From positions 4,309 to 68,308 of the forward strand of contig CAMOGA010000006.1 of the NCBI GenBank assembly GCA_946613885.1: 64,000 nt of DNA, in the 5' to 3' direction. The notes under the pieces were generated by a model, which had not been told where the DNA came from, did no database searches, and saw nothing but the letters and a program-made list of their open reading frames with translations. Origin of the DNA: an uncultured Pseudomonadota bacterium. GTDB lineage: Bacteria > Pseudomonadota > Alphaproteobacteria > Rs-D84. The position numbers and the translations under genes were made by a program. Positions 39,464 through 48,757 of the stretch are shown piece after piece (the stretch's first letter is position 1; the number at the start of each line of letters is the position of its first letter).

Positions 39464-41701
39464 ATGGATAAAAAATCAAATTTTTTACCAGAAAGTTTAT
39501 CTGTTGTCCTGCGCAAATTTTCTATGCGTGCAGGTGGTTTATTAATTTGTTTGATTTCTGTTTTGTTGATTTTAACACTGTTTTTTTCTAATCCTTATCT
39601 GTCGGGATTTGCCGTGCGTGGTTCGTTTGGCGCACATGGAATTTTTGGTAATGTTGTTGCGTTTTCCCGCTATGTTGTCGGGTTTATACCAACACTGTTT
39701 TTGATATTATGTCTGGGCAGATTTGGGTTAAGTATGTTTATCGGATGGGATGAAGAACGTGCGTTTGAATATAATTTTCTGCGCGGCTTTGTCACATTAT
39801 GTGTTGGTTGCGCGGCATTTGGATTAATCGTTCCACATGGCAGTTTTGGTGGCTTATTCGGTGCAATTGTTGGTCGTGATATCGGTGGTTTATTGGGGGC
39901 AGGGTCTTTGCCTGTGGGAATTTTATTGTTGGCATTATTTATGTTTATGGCTGGGATTTTATTACATATAAAATGGCATCATGTAATGGGGGCAATAAAA
40001 ACAACATGGAAATTAACACGATGGTTGTTATCTGCGTTCCGTTTAATAAAACCTGTGGAACCGGTTGATGAAGAAACATCTGAAGACGAAGAAGAAGAAA
40101 CCGAAGAAGAAACCGAAGAAGATGTTGAACAAGAACCAGACGAAAAACCAAAACGCAAACGTGCGTCACGTAAACGTGTTGTAAATGAAGATTCTGATGA
40201 TGGCGTTGTTCATGAATACGAATTACCTGATCCGGCATTTTTGGAAAAATCTGTATTTGGAAAAAACGTCGTGACCCCAGAATTAAAACGAAACGCCGAA
40301 GCAATGGAAATACATTTTGCACAATACAACGTTCATGGTACTGTGACTGGAATACGCCCAGGACCAATCGTGACATTGTATGAATTTATGCCTGATGATG
40401 GAACGAAAATCGCAGATGTCACGAAAACCGTCAAAGATATGACGCGTGCGATGGCCACAGAAAATATTCGTATTGCACATATACCATCAACACAACTGAT
40501 TGGTGTGGAAATGGTGAATTTAAAACGTCAAACTGTGCGGTATCGTGGATTGATTGATAACAGTTTATTTATAAATTCTAAATATAAAATTCCTTTGGCG
40601 TTGGGTGTGGATATTGGCGGAAATCCAATGTATTACGATTTGGCAAAAATGCCACATATGTTAATTGCAGGACGTACAGGTTCTGGTAAATCTGTATTCG
40701 TTCAAACAATTATTACGTCTATTGTTTATCATTTTACACCTGATAAATGCAAACTGATTATTATTGATCCTAAGGGTGTTGATTTTGGATTCTGGGATGA
40801 TATTCCACATTTAATAACACCAATTGTTAAACTGGATGCCGCCGCCGCAGTTAATGCATTAAAGTGGGCTGTGCGTGAAATGGAAGAAAGATATAAACAA
40901 TTACAATTGGTTAATGCGCGTAATATCGAAAGTTATAATGAAACCATGGCACAAAAACGTGAAAGTGGTGAAAAATTAACACGTCAGGTTGCTGTTGGAA
41001 CAGACCCAGAAACGGGTGCGCTGGAATTTGAAACCCAAGAAGTGGATATGTCTGATATGCCATATATTGTCATTATTATTGACGAGGTTGCAGATTTAAT
41101 GTCCTTGGCACGTAAAGAGGTTGAAGCATGTGTTCAACGTATCGCACAAAAGGCACGTGCGGCGGGTATTCATTTGGTTATGGCAACACAAAGACCCGAT
41201 GCAACAACCATTACCGGTGTTATCAAGGCGAATTTCCCGACACGTGTATCTTTCCAGGCACGCAGTGTAATTGATTCTATGACCACATTGGGTGAAAAGG
41301 GTGCAGAACAATTATTGTCTATGGGTGATATGTTGTTCAGTGAAGCAGGTCGTGTTCCTGTACGAATTCATGCAGCGTTTATTTCTGATGAAGAATTGAC
41401 AACTATTGGTGATTTCTTGCGCGAACAGGGTGAACCTGAATATGCCGAAGGTGTCACATCCGAAGATGGTGGCGAAGAAGGTATTCCTGTTCCGGGTGAA
41501 TCTTCATCCAAAGAGGCAAAATCTAACGATTTATACGAACAGGCCAAAGAAATCGTTTTACGCGATAAAAAACCAACAATCTCATACATACAACGCAGAT
41601 TGGGTATCGGTTATAACAAGGCAGCAACCTTGATTGAACGTATGGAAAACGAAGGTGTTGTCAGTACGCCTGATGCAGGTGGCAAAAGACATATTTTATA
41701 A
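39464..41701 (+). CDS. ftsK: DNA translocase FtsK
   Basis: N-terminal TMs, acidic linker, MPHMLIAGRTGSGKSV, IIIDEVADLM, AQKARAAGIH..MATQRP, gamma domain S.IQRRL.IGYNKAA. Confidence 0.97.
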   Translation: MDKKSNFLPESLSVVLRKFSMRAGGLLICLISVLLILTLFFSNPYLSGFAVRGSFGAHGIFGNVVAFSRYVVGFIPTLFLILCLGRFGLSMFIGWDEERAFEYNFLRGFVTLCVGCAAFGLIVPHGSFGGLFGAIVGRDIGGLLGAGSLPVGILLLALFMFMAGILLHIKWHHVMGAIKTTWKLTRWLLSAFRLIKPVEPVDEETSEDEEEETEEETEEDVEQEPDEKPKRKRASRKRVVNEDSDDGVVHEYELPDPAFLEKSVFGKNVVTPELKRNAEAMEIHFAQYNVHGTVTGIRPGPIVTLYEFMPDDGTKIADVTKTVKDMTRAMATENIRIAHIPSTQLIGVEMVNLKRQTVRYRGLIDNSLFINSKYKIPLALGVDIGGNPMYYDLAKMPHMLIAGRTGSGKSVFVQTIITSIVYHFTPDKCKLIIIDPKGVDFGFWDDIPHLITPIVKLDAAAAVNALKWAVREMEERYKQLQLVNARNIESYNETMAQKRESGEKLTRQVAVGTDPETGALEFETQEVDMSDMPYIVIIIDEVADLMSLARKEVEACVQRIAQKARAAGIHLVMATQRPDATTITGVIKANFPTRVSFQARSVIDSMTTLGEKGAEQLLSMGDMLFSEAGRVPVRIHAAFISDEELTTIGDFLREQGEPEYAEGVTSEDGGEEGIPVPGESSSKEAKSNDLYEQAKEIVLRDKKPTISYIQRRLGIGYNKAATLIERMENEGVVSTPDAGGKRHIL

Positions 41702-41770
41702 AAATGTCTTTTTTATGTTTGGTTTTCTCTGTTTTTTATGATATAATAGTGGCAAATAAAAGGAGTTTTT

Positions 41771-43078
41771 ATGAAAAAATATACGTTAACTTTGGCATTG
41801 GCGGCAGTTTTGCCACTGGTTTCTGCGAATGCTTATGAATATGTCAATAATAATACAGAAAGTTACAGCACTGTTCGCCCGGTCAAAGCAACTGCGCATA
41901 AAACTACAACAACAACACGTAAAACAGGCGGATATAAAAATACTATAACAAATAATTTTTATTATGCACAACCACAAGAAAGTTCTTATACCGTAGAACC
42001 AAAACGTGGTATCAAAAGACCTGCGGGATATACTGTGTATAAACAAGATTATAACGATGATGATTATTATTATGGGGCCCCTGCAAAAAGACAGGTCGCA
42101 AAAAAACAGACGCGTGAATATTATTCTTACGCAGAACGTAAATACTTTTTGGCGCACCCGTTCTTTCAACCGTTAAAGGGTCATTTTGGTTCTGTGACAG
42201 ATATTGCATATGCAAAAAACAGTTTTAAATTTGATATGTTGGATGCGTCTGTATTAGATATTGATACAACTTCCTCGACATATGGTCAAATTGTGGCGGC
42301 TGGCACATTGAATTTAAATGCTAAACAAGAAACAACACAATTCTTGGTCAAAGAAGATGTCAGTTATGGTATAACTGATACATTGGCTTTGATATTAATG
42401 GCACAATACGATAAAACAAAAACAAGTTTCAAAGATTGGTCCAGTGGTGATCCTGCGGATTCTTTGTCTGATTCTGGATTGAATATTTTTGGTATTGGTA
42501 TTCAAAATCGTTTTGTTGATACTGATGAATGGATTGCAATGGTTGATGCATCATTTTTACATCAGAAAAATACTGCCAACATATTTGAAGGTGGTGTAAA
42601 GGCGGGTTATAAAATCGATAACACAACAATCTATGGATTGGCACGTATCAGATATATTGATATCACAGAAGGTGATTCTTATGGCGCATTTGTCAAAGAT
42701 GATACAGGTGATTATTTAATGTTATCTTACAGAAATGATACCAAAGATGTCTTTGAAGCCGAGGCAGGATTGGGCGCATTCGCTGTGTTGGGACACGATT
42801 TTACTTTAAATGGCGAATTGATTTATGGTGTGTATGATTGGCATAATCAATTAAGTGTTCGTGGCGCATTCGGTTGGCAACCAGGCGACCAATTCGCTCT
42901 GAATTTGTATGCAATGACATCTTTGTATGATTCTGCAGATGGCAAAACAAAGAAATATATGAACTATGATGTTAATCCTGAAGTTTCCGGAACAAATTTA
43001 GTTTATACCACAGGAAATTATAAACTGAAAGATTATAACGAATGGCGTATCGGATTACAGGCAATATTATATTTTTAA
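41771..43078 (+). CDS. Hypothetical outer-membrane beta-barrel protein
   Basis: Signal peptide, alternating beta-strand patterns, C-terminal ...AILYF. Confidence 0.65.
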   Translation: MKKYTLTLALAAVLPLVSANAYEYVNNNTESYSTVRPVKATAHKTTTTTRKTGGYKNTITNNFYYAQPQESSYTVEPKRGIKRPAGYTVYKQDYNDDDYYYGAPAKRQVAKKQTREYYSYAERKYFLAHPFFQPLKGHFGSVTDIAYAKNSFKFDMLDASVLDIDTTSSTYGQIVAAGTLNLNAKQETTQFLVKEDVSYGITDTLALILMAQYDKTKTSFKDWSSGDPADSLSDSGLNIFGIGIQNRFVDTDEWIAMVDASFLHQKNTANIFEGGVKAGYKIDNTTIYGLARIRYIDITEGDSYGAFVKDDTGDYLMLSYRNDTKDVFEAEAGLGAFAVLGHDFTLNGELIYGVYDWHNQLSVRGAFGWQPGDQFALNLYAMTSLYDSADGKTKKYMNYDVNPEVSGTNLVYTTGNYKLKDYNEWRIGLQAILYF

Positions 43079-43107
43079 TGTTTGATTAATTCTGGTTGTG
43101 GTATTGC

Positions 43108-43971
43108 ATGATGAAAAAATATTTATTGGTTTTGGGTTTAGTGGCGTACAGTATGTCTGCAAACGGGGCAGGTGTCGTTTTGTCTGATACTGCGCTGGAT
43201 GAAGAAGATAATACATTTGTTGAAGAAAGTGTTTCTTCTTCAAAATCTGAAACCAATTTTACACGTACAACACCACAATCTAATTCGTATGTCGGACAAA
43301 ATGCGTTTCGTGATTTGGTATCAAACGATACATCCGATCCATTGTTTTTAACAGGTGATAATAATTTTTTATCTGATACATATATTTCTTTTTTTAATCG
43401 CAAATTTAGATTCGGGCAATATCTGGATTACGGAATAAACAATGATTTAGTGTTGCACGCAAATATATTATATCAATTAGATACTTCGGGTCGTGATGAA
43501 AATGGTTTTTCTGCAACCGAATTTGGCGGTGTGTATCGTATGAATCACGGTTTCGGGAAAATGCGTATTATTTCTGATGCGTTGTTCGGATTAAAATTAT
43601 GGGGTTCATCACATGTGCGAACACCGGAATATGCAGATTCTTCGTATTATGCAGGATTACGTTTTGGTCGTCAATATTATGGTGTCACATTGGCAGGCAC
43701 AATAAAATCTACATGGGTGTTTGATAATGCACGCGGTTTATCGTATATAGATTTTATACCAGAGGCATATTTTAGATTAAAATATAATTTGCGTACTGGC
43801 ATAGGATTAGATTTTCGTAAATCCACAAATACTCATTTATTGGAAAACCAAGAATGGTTAAATCTGAAATTAGTAAAACAATTTGGTAATACGCAATACG
43901 TTGCACGGTTTGATTATGAATTTGAATCTTCTGAGATTCAGATTGGTGCAAATGTAAAGATATTGTTTTAA
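43108..43971 (+). CDS. Hypothetical outer-membrane beta-barrel protein
   Basis: Signal MMKKYLLVLGLVAYSMSANG, amphipathic strands, C-terminal ...VKILF. Confidence 0.65.
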   Translation: MMKKYLLVLGLVAYSMSANGAGVVLSDTALDEEDNTFVEESVSSSKSETNFTRTTPQSNSYVGQNAFRDLVSNDTSDPLFLTGDNNFLSDTYISFFNRKFRFGQYLDYGINNDLVLHANILYQLDTSGRDENGFSATEFGGVYRMNHGFGKMRIISDALFGLKLWGSSHVRTPEYADSSYYAGLRFGRQYYGVTLAGTIKSTWVFDNARGLSYIDFIPEAYFRLKYNLRTGIGLDFRKSTNTHLLENQEWLNLKLVKQFGNTQYVARFDYEFESSEIQIGANVKILF

Positions 43972-45230
43972 TTTTTATTTTTTCTGAACGAATTCCAATA
44001 ATCAAAACGCTTTTTAATTTCGCGTTCAAAACCGCGTTCAACTGGTTTATACAAACTGACCCGTTCCATGTCTTCTGGGAAACAGTTTTGACCGCTGCAC
44101 CCACTTTCTGTTTCAGGATCATAAATATATCCTGCGCCATAACCCAGATTTTTCATCATTTTTGTTGGGGCATTCAAAATATTTTTTGGTGGCATTAAAG
44201 AACCTGTATCACGCGCCACGCGATACGAAGCCATTTGTGCCTTGTATGCAGAAATACTTTTAGGAGCAGTGGCCAGATATATTACCAATTCGGTTAATGC
44301 AATATCGCCTTCTGGCGACCCCATGCGTTCATATATTTGCCATGCGTTTAATGCGATTTGCATTGCGTTTGGATCTGCCAAACCGACATCTTCCATTGCA
44401 AAACGTGTTAAACGGCGCAAGATATAACGTGCATCCTGACCAGATGTCATCATGCGTGCAACCCAATATAATGCCGCATCTGTATCTGATGCACGCAAAG
44501 ATTTATGTACCGCAGATATTAAATTATAATGTTCGTCACCGGTTTTGTCAGACATTGGCGCACGTTTTTGAATTGCTTTGTCTAATGTTTCAGGTGTTAA
44601 ATCTTTTTTGAATTTTGCAGATGCGATATATTCAATACTATTTAATAAAAATCTTGCATCACCATCTGCCATTTTTGTTAAATGATTTTTTGCGTCTTCT
44701 GTCAAAGGTAATTTTTTACCTAAATATTTTTCAGCGCGCTCAATCAGCATCAATAAATCATCCGTTGACAATGGTTTTAATACACATACATGGCAACGTG
44801 ATAACAATGCATTGTTCAAATTAAAACTGGGGTTTTCAGTTGTTGCACCAATAAAAGTGACGGTGCCATCTTCCAAATAAGGTAATAATGTATCCTGTTG
44901 CGTTTTATTAAAACGATGAATTTCATCAATGAATAACAAAGTGTTGCGATTGATATTGTGATTTGTACGTGCAGTTTCCATAACCTTTTTAATATCTGCA
45001 GTTCCAGAAAACACAGCCGACAACGGCACAAAATCCATGTCTACAGAATTAGCCAACGCACGTGCAATGGTTGTTTTTCCACATCCTGGGGGTCCCCATA
45101 AAATTAAATTAGATAAATTATTATTATTCACCATTTGGCGAATGATACCGTTTTCGCCTAATAAATCGGTTTGCCCAACGATTTCATCAATCGTTTGTGG
45201 GCGCATTAAATCAGCCAAAGGTCTGGTCAT
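43968..45230 (-). CDS. rarA: Replication-associated recombination protein RarA/MgsA
   Basis: PLADLMRP, GPPGCGKTT, FIDEIHRFNK.QQD, GATTENPSF, ISAVHKSLR.SD, EDVGLAD. Confidence 0.97.
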   Translation of the reverse strand: MTRPLADLMRPQTIDEIVGQTDLLGENGIIRQMVNNNNLSNLILWGPPGCGKTTIARALANSVDMDFVPLSAVFSGTADIKKVMETARTNHNINRNTLLFIDEIHRFNKTQQDTLLPYLEDGTVTFIGATTENPSFNLNNALLSRCHVCVLKPLSTDDLLMLIERAEKYLGKKLPLTEDAKNHLTKMADGDARFLLNSIEYIASAKFKKDLTPETLDKAIQKRAPMSDKTGDEHYNLISAVHKSLRASDTDAALYWVARMMTSGQDARYILRRLTRFAMEDVGLADPNAMQIALNAWQIYERMGSPEGDIALTELVIYLATAPKSISAYKAQMASYRVARDTGSLMPPKNILNAPTKMMKNLGYGAGYIYDPETESGCSGQNCFPEDMERVSLYKPVERGFEREIKKRFDYWNSFRKNKN

Positions 45231-45301
45231 TTTTACTTTTATTTTATTTTATGTTTATTTGTGATATAATCATTGTATTAAATAATAAAAGGTATTTCAA
45301 G

Positions 45302-45667
45302 TTGGTAAATAAAAATTCTGAATTTGCATTGGCGGTGGCAAATCTGGCGGCGGCGGCAATGTCTGCTAACCCAAAATTATCAATGTCTGATGCAGTAAAA
45401 CAGGCGCGTGAATCTTTGGCCAGTTCATCAATAACTAAACAGCAAATTGCAGATTCTGTGACGGATGATGCGATATTTTGTTTTGAAGATGGTACGTGGC
45501 ATGTAATGTTAAAACGTTATATACGGCGAAAATTTAACTTAACCCCAAAACAATATTGTGAAAAATGGGGATTGCCAATGAATTACCCGTTTGTGGCAAA
45601 GAAATATTCAATAATTCGTTCAAAGATAGCCAAAAAAAATGGATTTGGTAAAAAACAGGGGAAATAA
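45302..45667 (+). CDS. mucR: MucR/Ros family transcriptional regulator
   Basis: SVTDD.I.C.EDG....LKR......LTP.QY..KWGLP..YP.VA..YS..RS.IAK..G.G; TTG start after AAAGG. Confidence 0.85.
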   Translation: MVNKNSEFALAVANLAAAAMSANPKLSMSDAVKQARESLASSSITKQQIADSVTDDAIFCFEDGTWHVMLKRYIRRKFNLTPKQYCEKWGLPMNYPFVAKKYSIIRSKIAKKNGFGKKQGK

Positions 45668-47680
45668 ATGGTTGTAAAAAAAATTGTTTCTGAAATATCT
45701 AATCGGCGTAAATATGTGCATGGCAAGAAAGGTAAACTGGAAACACCACATAAAAAATTAAAACAATGGCAACCAGATGGTAAAATGGGCAAGTTTTCCC
45801 GTATAGCAGGTTTGGGCGCAATAGATTTGTCGTGGTTTTTATTTTGTCTTGGAAAATATACTGCCAAAGATTTGAATACTATTTTGTTGGATAACAAAAT
45901 AATAGATACTATACAGAAAAAACATAAGAATTTGGAAATACAAGATTCTGATTCTAAATTTAAACAATTTTTTAAAAAAATTGAAAAATCTAATCCGCGC
46001 ATGGCTGCTACATTAAAGTTATGGATGTTGTACAGTTTATTAACAATTATGTCAATTGGCGGAATTAAATTGGCACAGCGTGATAAAGATAATAGCGGTA
46101 AACAGGTCAAAACTGAACAAGTTATTGATAACAACAACCCTAAGGATGTTGTTGAATCGGCGATAATATATGAAGAAGAAGAAAATTCACAAAAAGTAAT
46201 TGATGACACTAAAAAGACAGGTGAATCAAAAATTTCAGATGATGTAAAAACACCAAATGTTGTGACTTATGATATTTCAGATGTAAATTTTGCGGATAAT
46301 TTTTTAGATGATAATTGGGATGATATAGTTGTAAGTTTGCTGGAATTTGAAACGTGGCGTGACAAGGCAAAATTGCATTCTGGCGAATCGCGTTATACCT
46401 ATGGTCCGGGTATAACTTGGGTTTATACCAAAGATAAAAATGGAAAACTTAGACAACATGCATGTGTCGGTGATTATAAGCAACGGGCATCAAATTTTAG
46501 TGTTGAACAAAAATTGCAACAGACCAGATATCATTATGAATACGAGACATTACCCGCTATAAAAAGAAAATTAAAAAAATACGGGTTTACAGAAATTACA
46601 GATCAACAAATGTTGGGATTGTTTATTGCCGGATATCAATTGCCTGCTAAATTAGATGACGGTAATTTTTCTACAAAATTAGATAATGGTAAGTATGAAA
46701 AAGGTAAATATATAGGAATCGTTCATAAATTATCTGATGCAGGATCAAATGTGCAAAAGCAGGTTGATTCTTTTATTGCAGGAAAAGAGGTTCGCGAAAA
46801 ATGGCGTGAAGGTACAAATAAACGTCGTTGGTGGTGTGCGATGATTTATATGGGGTATATAACCACGGACGATTTAATAAATCTGGACAGGGATGCTTTT
46901 TCTTCAATCAATATTAATACAATTTTAAAAAATGGACATTTTGTATATGATGCCACCACCATAGAGTATGTTTTGGCGCATGCTAATAATCCAAATAGAA
47001 ACTCTGTTAAAGATTTTATGAAAGAACGTAACATATCTATAAATAATAATTCTTCAAAGCATCAAAAAAACATTTCAAGCAATGCTGTGGAAAACCCATC
47101 AATGAAAAAAACAATTAAAGGGTTACAGGAATTTAAAAACGGTAATTATAAAATCGCAATTAAATATTATCAAGAAGCCATTGCTTTGGATGCCAATAAT
47201 ATGGAGGCATACAGCAGTTTAGCCTTATCATATAAAAAATTAGGCGACCAAACACATTCTATTGCTGATTATGAAAAAACAGCAGAAACAGTCAAAGCAT
47301 GCAATGCACAAATGAACCGTAATAGAAACTTATTACACGATCCAGATGTCAAGGCATCTACATATTACAATGCCGGTTTGGCGCGTGAAGAAATGGCAAA
47401 ATTGTATGAAAAAGATAACAATATAGAGCAAGCAATTGAAAATTATAACAAGGCCAAACAGAATTTTGAAACAGCATATGCCAACGCAGAAGAATTTAAT
47501 AGTTCAGAACGTATGACAATATATAAACAAGCGCAACAGCGCGTTGAGAAATCTGTCGAAACATTACAGATAAAAAACAATCAAACAAATAAACGTAATG
47601 CATTTGGCCAAGGAAAAACAAAATTATTAAATAAAATGGCTAATCAATATACGCGTAATACAGGTAATACCAAGGATTAA
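45668..47680 (+). CDS. Membrane-anchored hypothetical protein: lysozyme-like domain + TPRs
   Basis: TM LWMLYSLLTIMSIGG; TPR motifs (AIKYYQEAIALD..N.EAY..L, YYNAGLA); central domain shared with the next gene. Confidence 0.65.
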   Translation: MVVKKIVSEISNRRKYVHGKKGKLETPHKKLKQWQPDGKMGKFSRIAGLGAIDLSWFLFCLGKYTAKDLNTILLDNKIIDTIQKKHKNLEIQDSDSKFKQFFKKIEKSNPRMAATLKLWMLYSLLTIMSIGGIKLAQRDKDNSGKQVKTEQVIDNNNPKDVVESAIIYEEEENSQKVIDDTKKTGESKISDDVKTPNVVTYDISDVNFADNFLDDNWDDIVVSLLEFETWRDKAKLHSGESRYTYGPGITWVYTKDKNGKLRQHACVGDYKQRASNFSVEQKLQQTRYHYEYETLPAIKRKLKKYGFTEITDQQMLGLFIAGYQLPAKLDDGNFSTKLDNGKYEKGKYIGIVHKLSDAGSNVQKQVDSFIAGKEVREKWREGTNKRRWWCAMIYMGYITTDDLINLDRDAFSSININTILKNGHFVYDATTIEYVLAHANNPNRNSVKDFMKERNISINNNSSKHQKNISSNAVENPSMKKTIKGLQEFKNGNYKIAIKYYQEAIALDANNMEAYSSLALSYKKLGDQTHSIADYEKTAETVKACNAQMNRNRNLLHDPDVKASTYYNAGLAREEMAKLYEKDNNIEQAIENYNKAKQNFETAYANAEEFNSSERMTIYKQAQQRVEKSVETLQIKNNQTNKRNAFGQGKTKLLNKMANQYTRNTGNTKD

Positions 47681-47683
47681 ATT

Positions 47684-48748
47684 ATGAATATAAAAAATTC
47701 TAAATCTCAAAAACTTGGACCAAATATGCCGGAAAAATTAAAATTGTGGACGGCGTACGTTTTATTTGCCTGTATGTCGATTGGCGGAATTAAAATTGTA
47801 CAAAATTTAAATAATTCTAAATCTACCAGCACAGAATTAATCAAAGAACCAATACAAAATAATGAACCGCACATAGAATCTATGGCAGAACCACAAGGCA
47901 TAGGCGAGGGGATAACAGGTTTGTATGATGTTGCAGATTCAAATTTTAAAATAAATTTTATCAATGATAATTGGAATGCGATAGTCGCAGGATTGTTAGA
48001 ATTTGAAACGTATTTTGAAAAACCGCATTTGAACAGGGGTGAATCGCGATATACTTATGGCCCCGGTTTAACGTGGGTGTATATAGATGGAAAGCAATAT
48101 CCGTGTACCGGTAAATATAAAGTGATGGCGGATAATTTTTCATCAGAACAAATCTGGGATCAGGTAAAACAGCACTGTTTACGAAATGGCGAAGCATTGG
48201 ACAGAATCCAGACCGCATTGATAAAAAACGATTTTTCAGAAATATCACAAAAACAATTATTGGGATTGTTCTTTGCGGCATATCAAAGCCCCGGAGCAAT
48301 AGGGGGAATTATAAAACGTTTAAAAGAAGCGGGTGACGATGAACAAAAAATAGTGGACTCGTTTATAGCAGGACGTGAAATTAATCGTAAATGGCGTACT
48401 GGTACAAATAAACGTCGTTGGTGGTGTGCAATGATTTATATCGGAAAAATAACTGTTGATGATATATTATTTATGGACAGGGATGCCTTTACATCAATAA
48501 AAATCGATAAAATACATAAATCTGGACATTTTATAACTGATAATTCAACTGTCGATTATGCGCTGGACAGAAACAATTTTAATACAGAAACAGTTCAAGA
48601 ATTTATGAAATCTGAATCACAAAATATTGCATATCAAAAAATAAAGACATCAAATTTTAATCGTGGTATTCAAAAGATAAAAGAATTAAACAAACGTCAC
48701 AAAGAAGATATGTTTGTTTATACTGATAACGAACATACAATGGCCTAG
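47684..48748 (+). CDS. Paralog of the preceding gene without TPRs (lysozyme-like domain)
   Basis: Shared LLEFET, GESRYTYGPG.TWVY, GTNKRRWWCAMIY, DRDAF. Confidence 0.65.
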   Translation: MNIKNSKSQKLGPNMPEKLKLWTAYVLFACMSIGGIKIVQNLNNSKSTSTELIKEPIQNNEPHIESMAEPQGIGEGITGLYDVADSNFKINFINDNWNAIVAGLLEFETYFEKPHLNRGESRYTYGPGLTWVYIDGKQYPCTGKYKVMADNFSSEQIWDQVKQHCLRNGEALDRIQTALIKNDFSEISQKQLLGLFFAAYQSPGAIGGIIKRLKEAGDDEQKIVDSFIAGREINRKWRTGTNKRRWWCAMIYIGKITVDDILFMDRDAFTSIKIDKIHKSGHFITDNSTVDYALDRNNFNTETVQEFMKSESQNIAYQKIKTSNFNRGIQKIKELNKRHKEDMFVYTDNEHTMA

Positions 48749-48757
48749 GGGGATGAT

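Noticed and set aside
37929-39479. ORFs 37929-38219(-), 38731-39291(+), 38939-39250(+) and 39021-39479(-) that look like paralogs
   Set aside because: Their similarity comes from translating the non-coding repeat blocks; they overlap real genes or terminators.
40075-40135. GAAGAAGAAACC tandem repeat in ftsK
   Set aside because: Encodes the ordinary acidic FtsK linker; in frame and not unusual.
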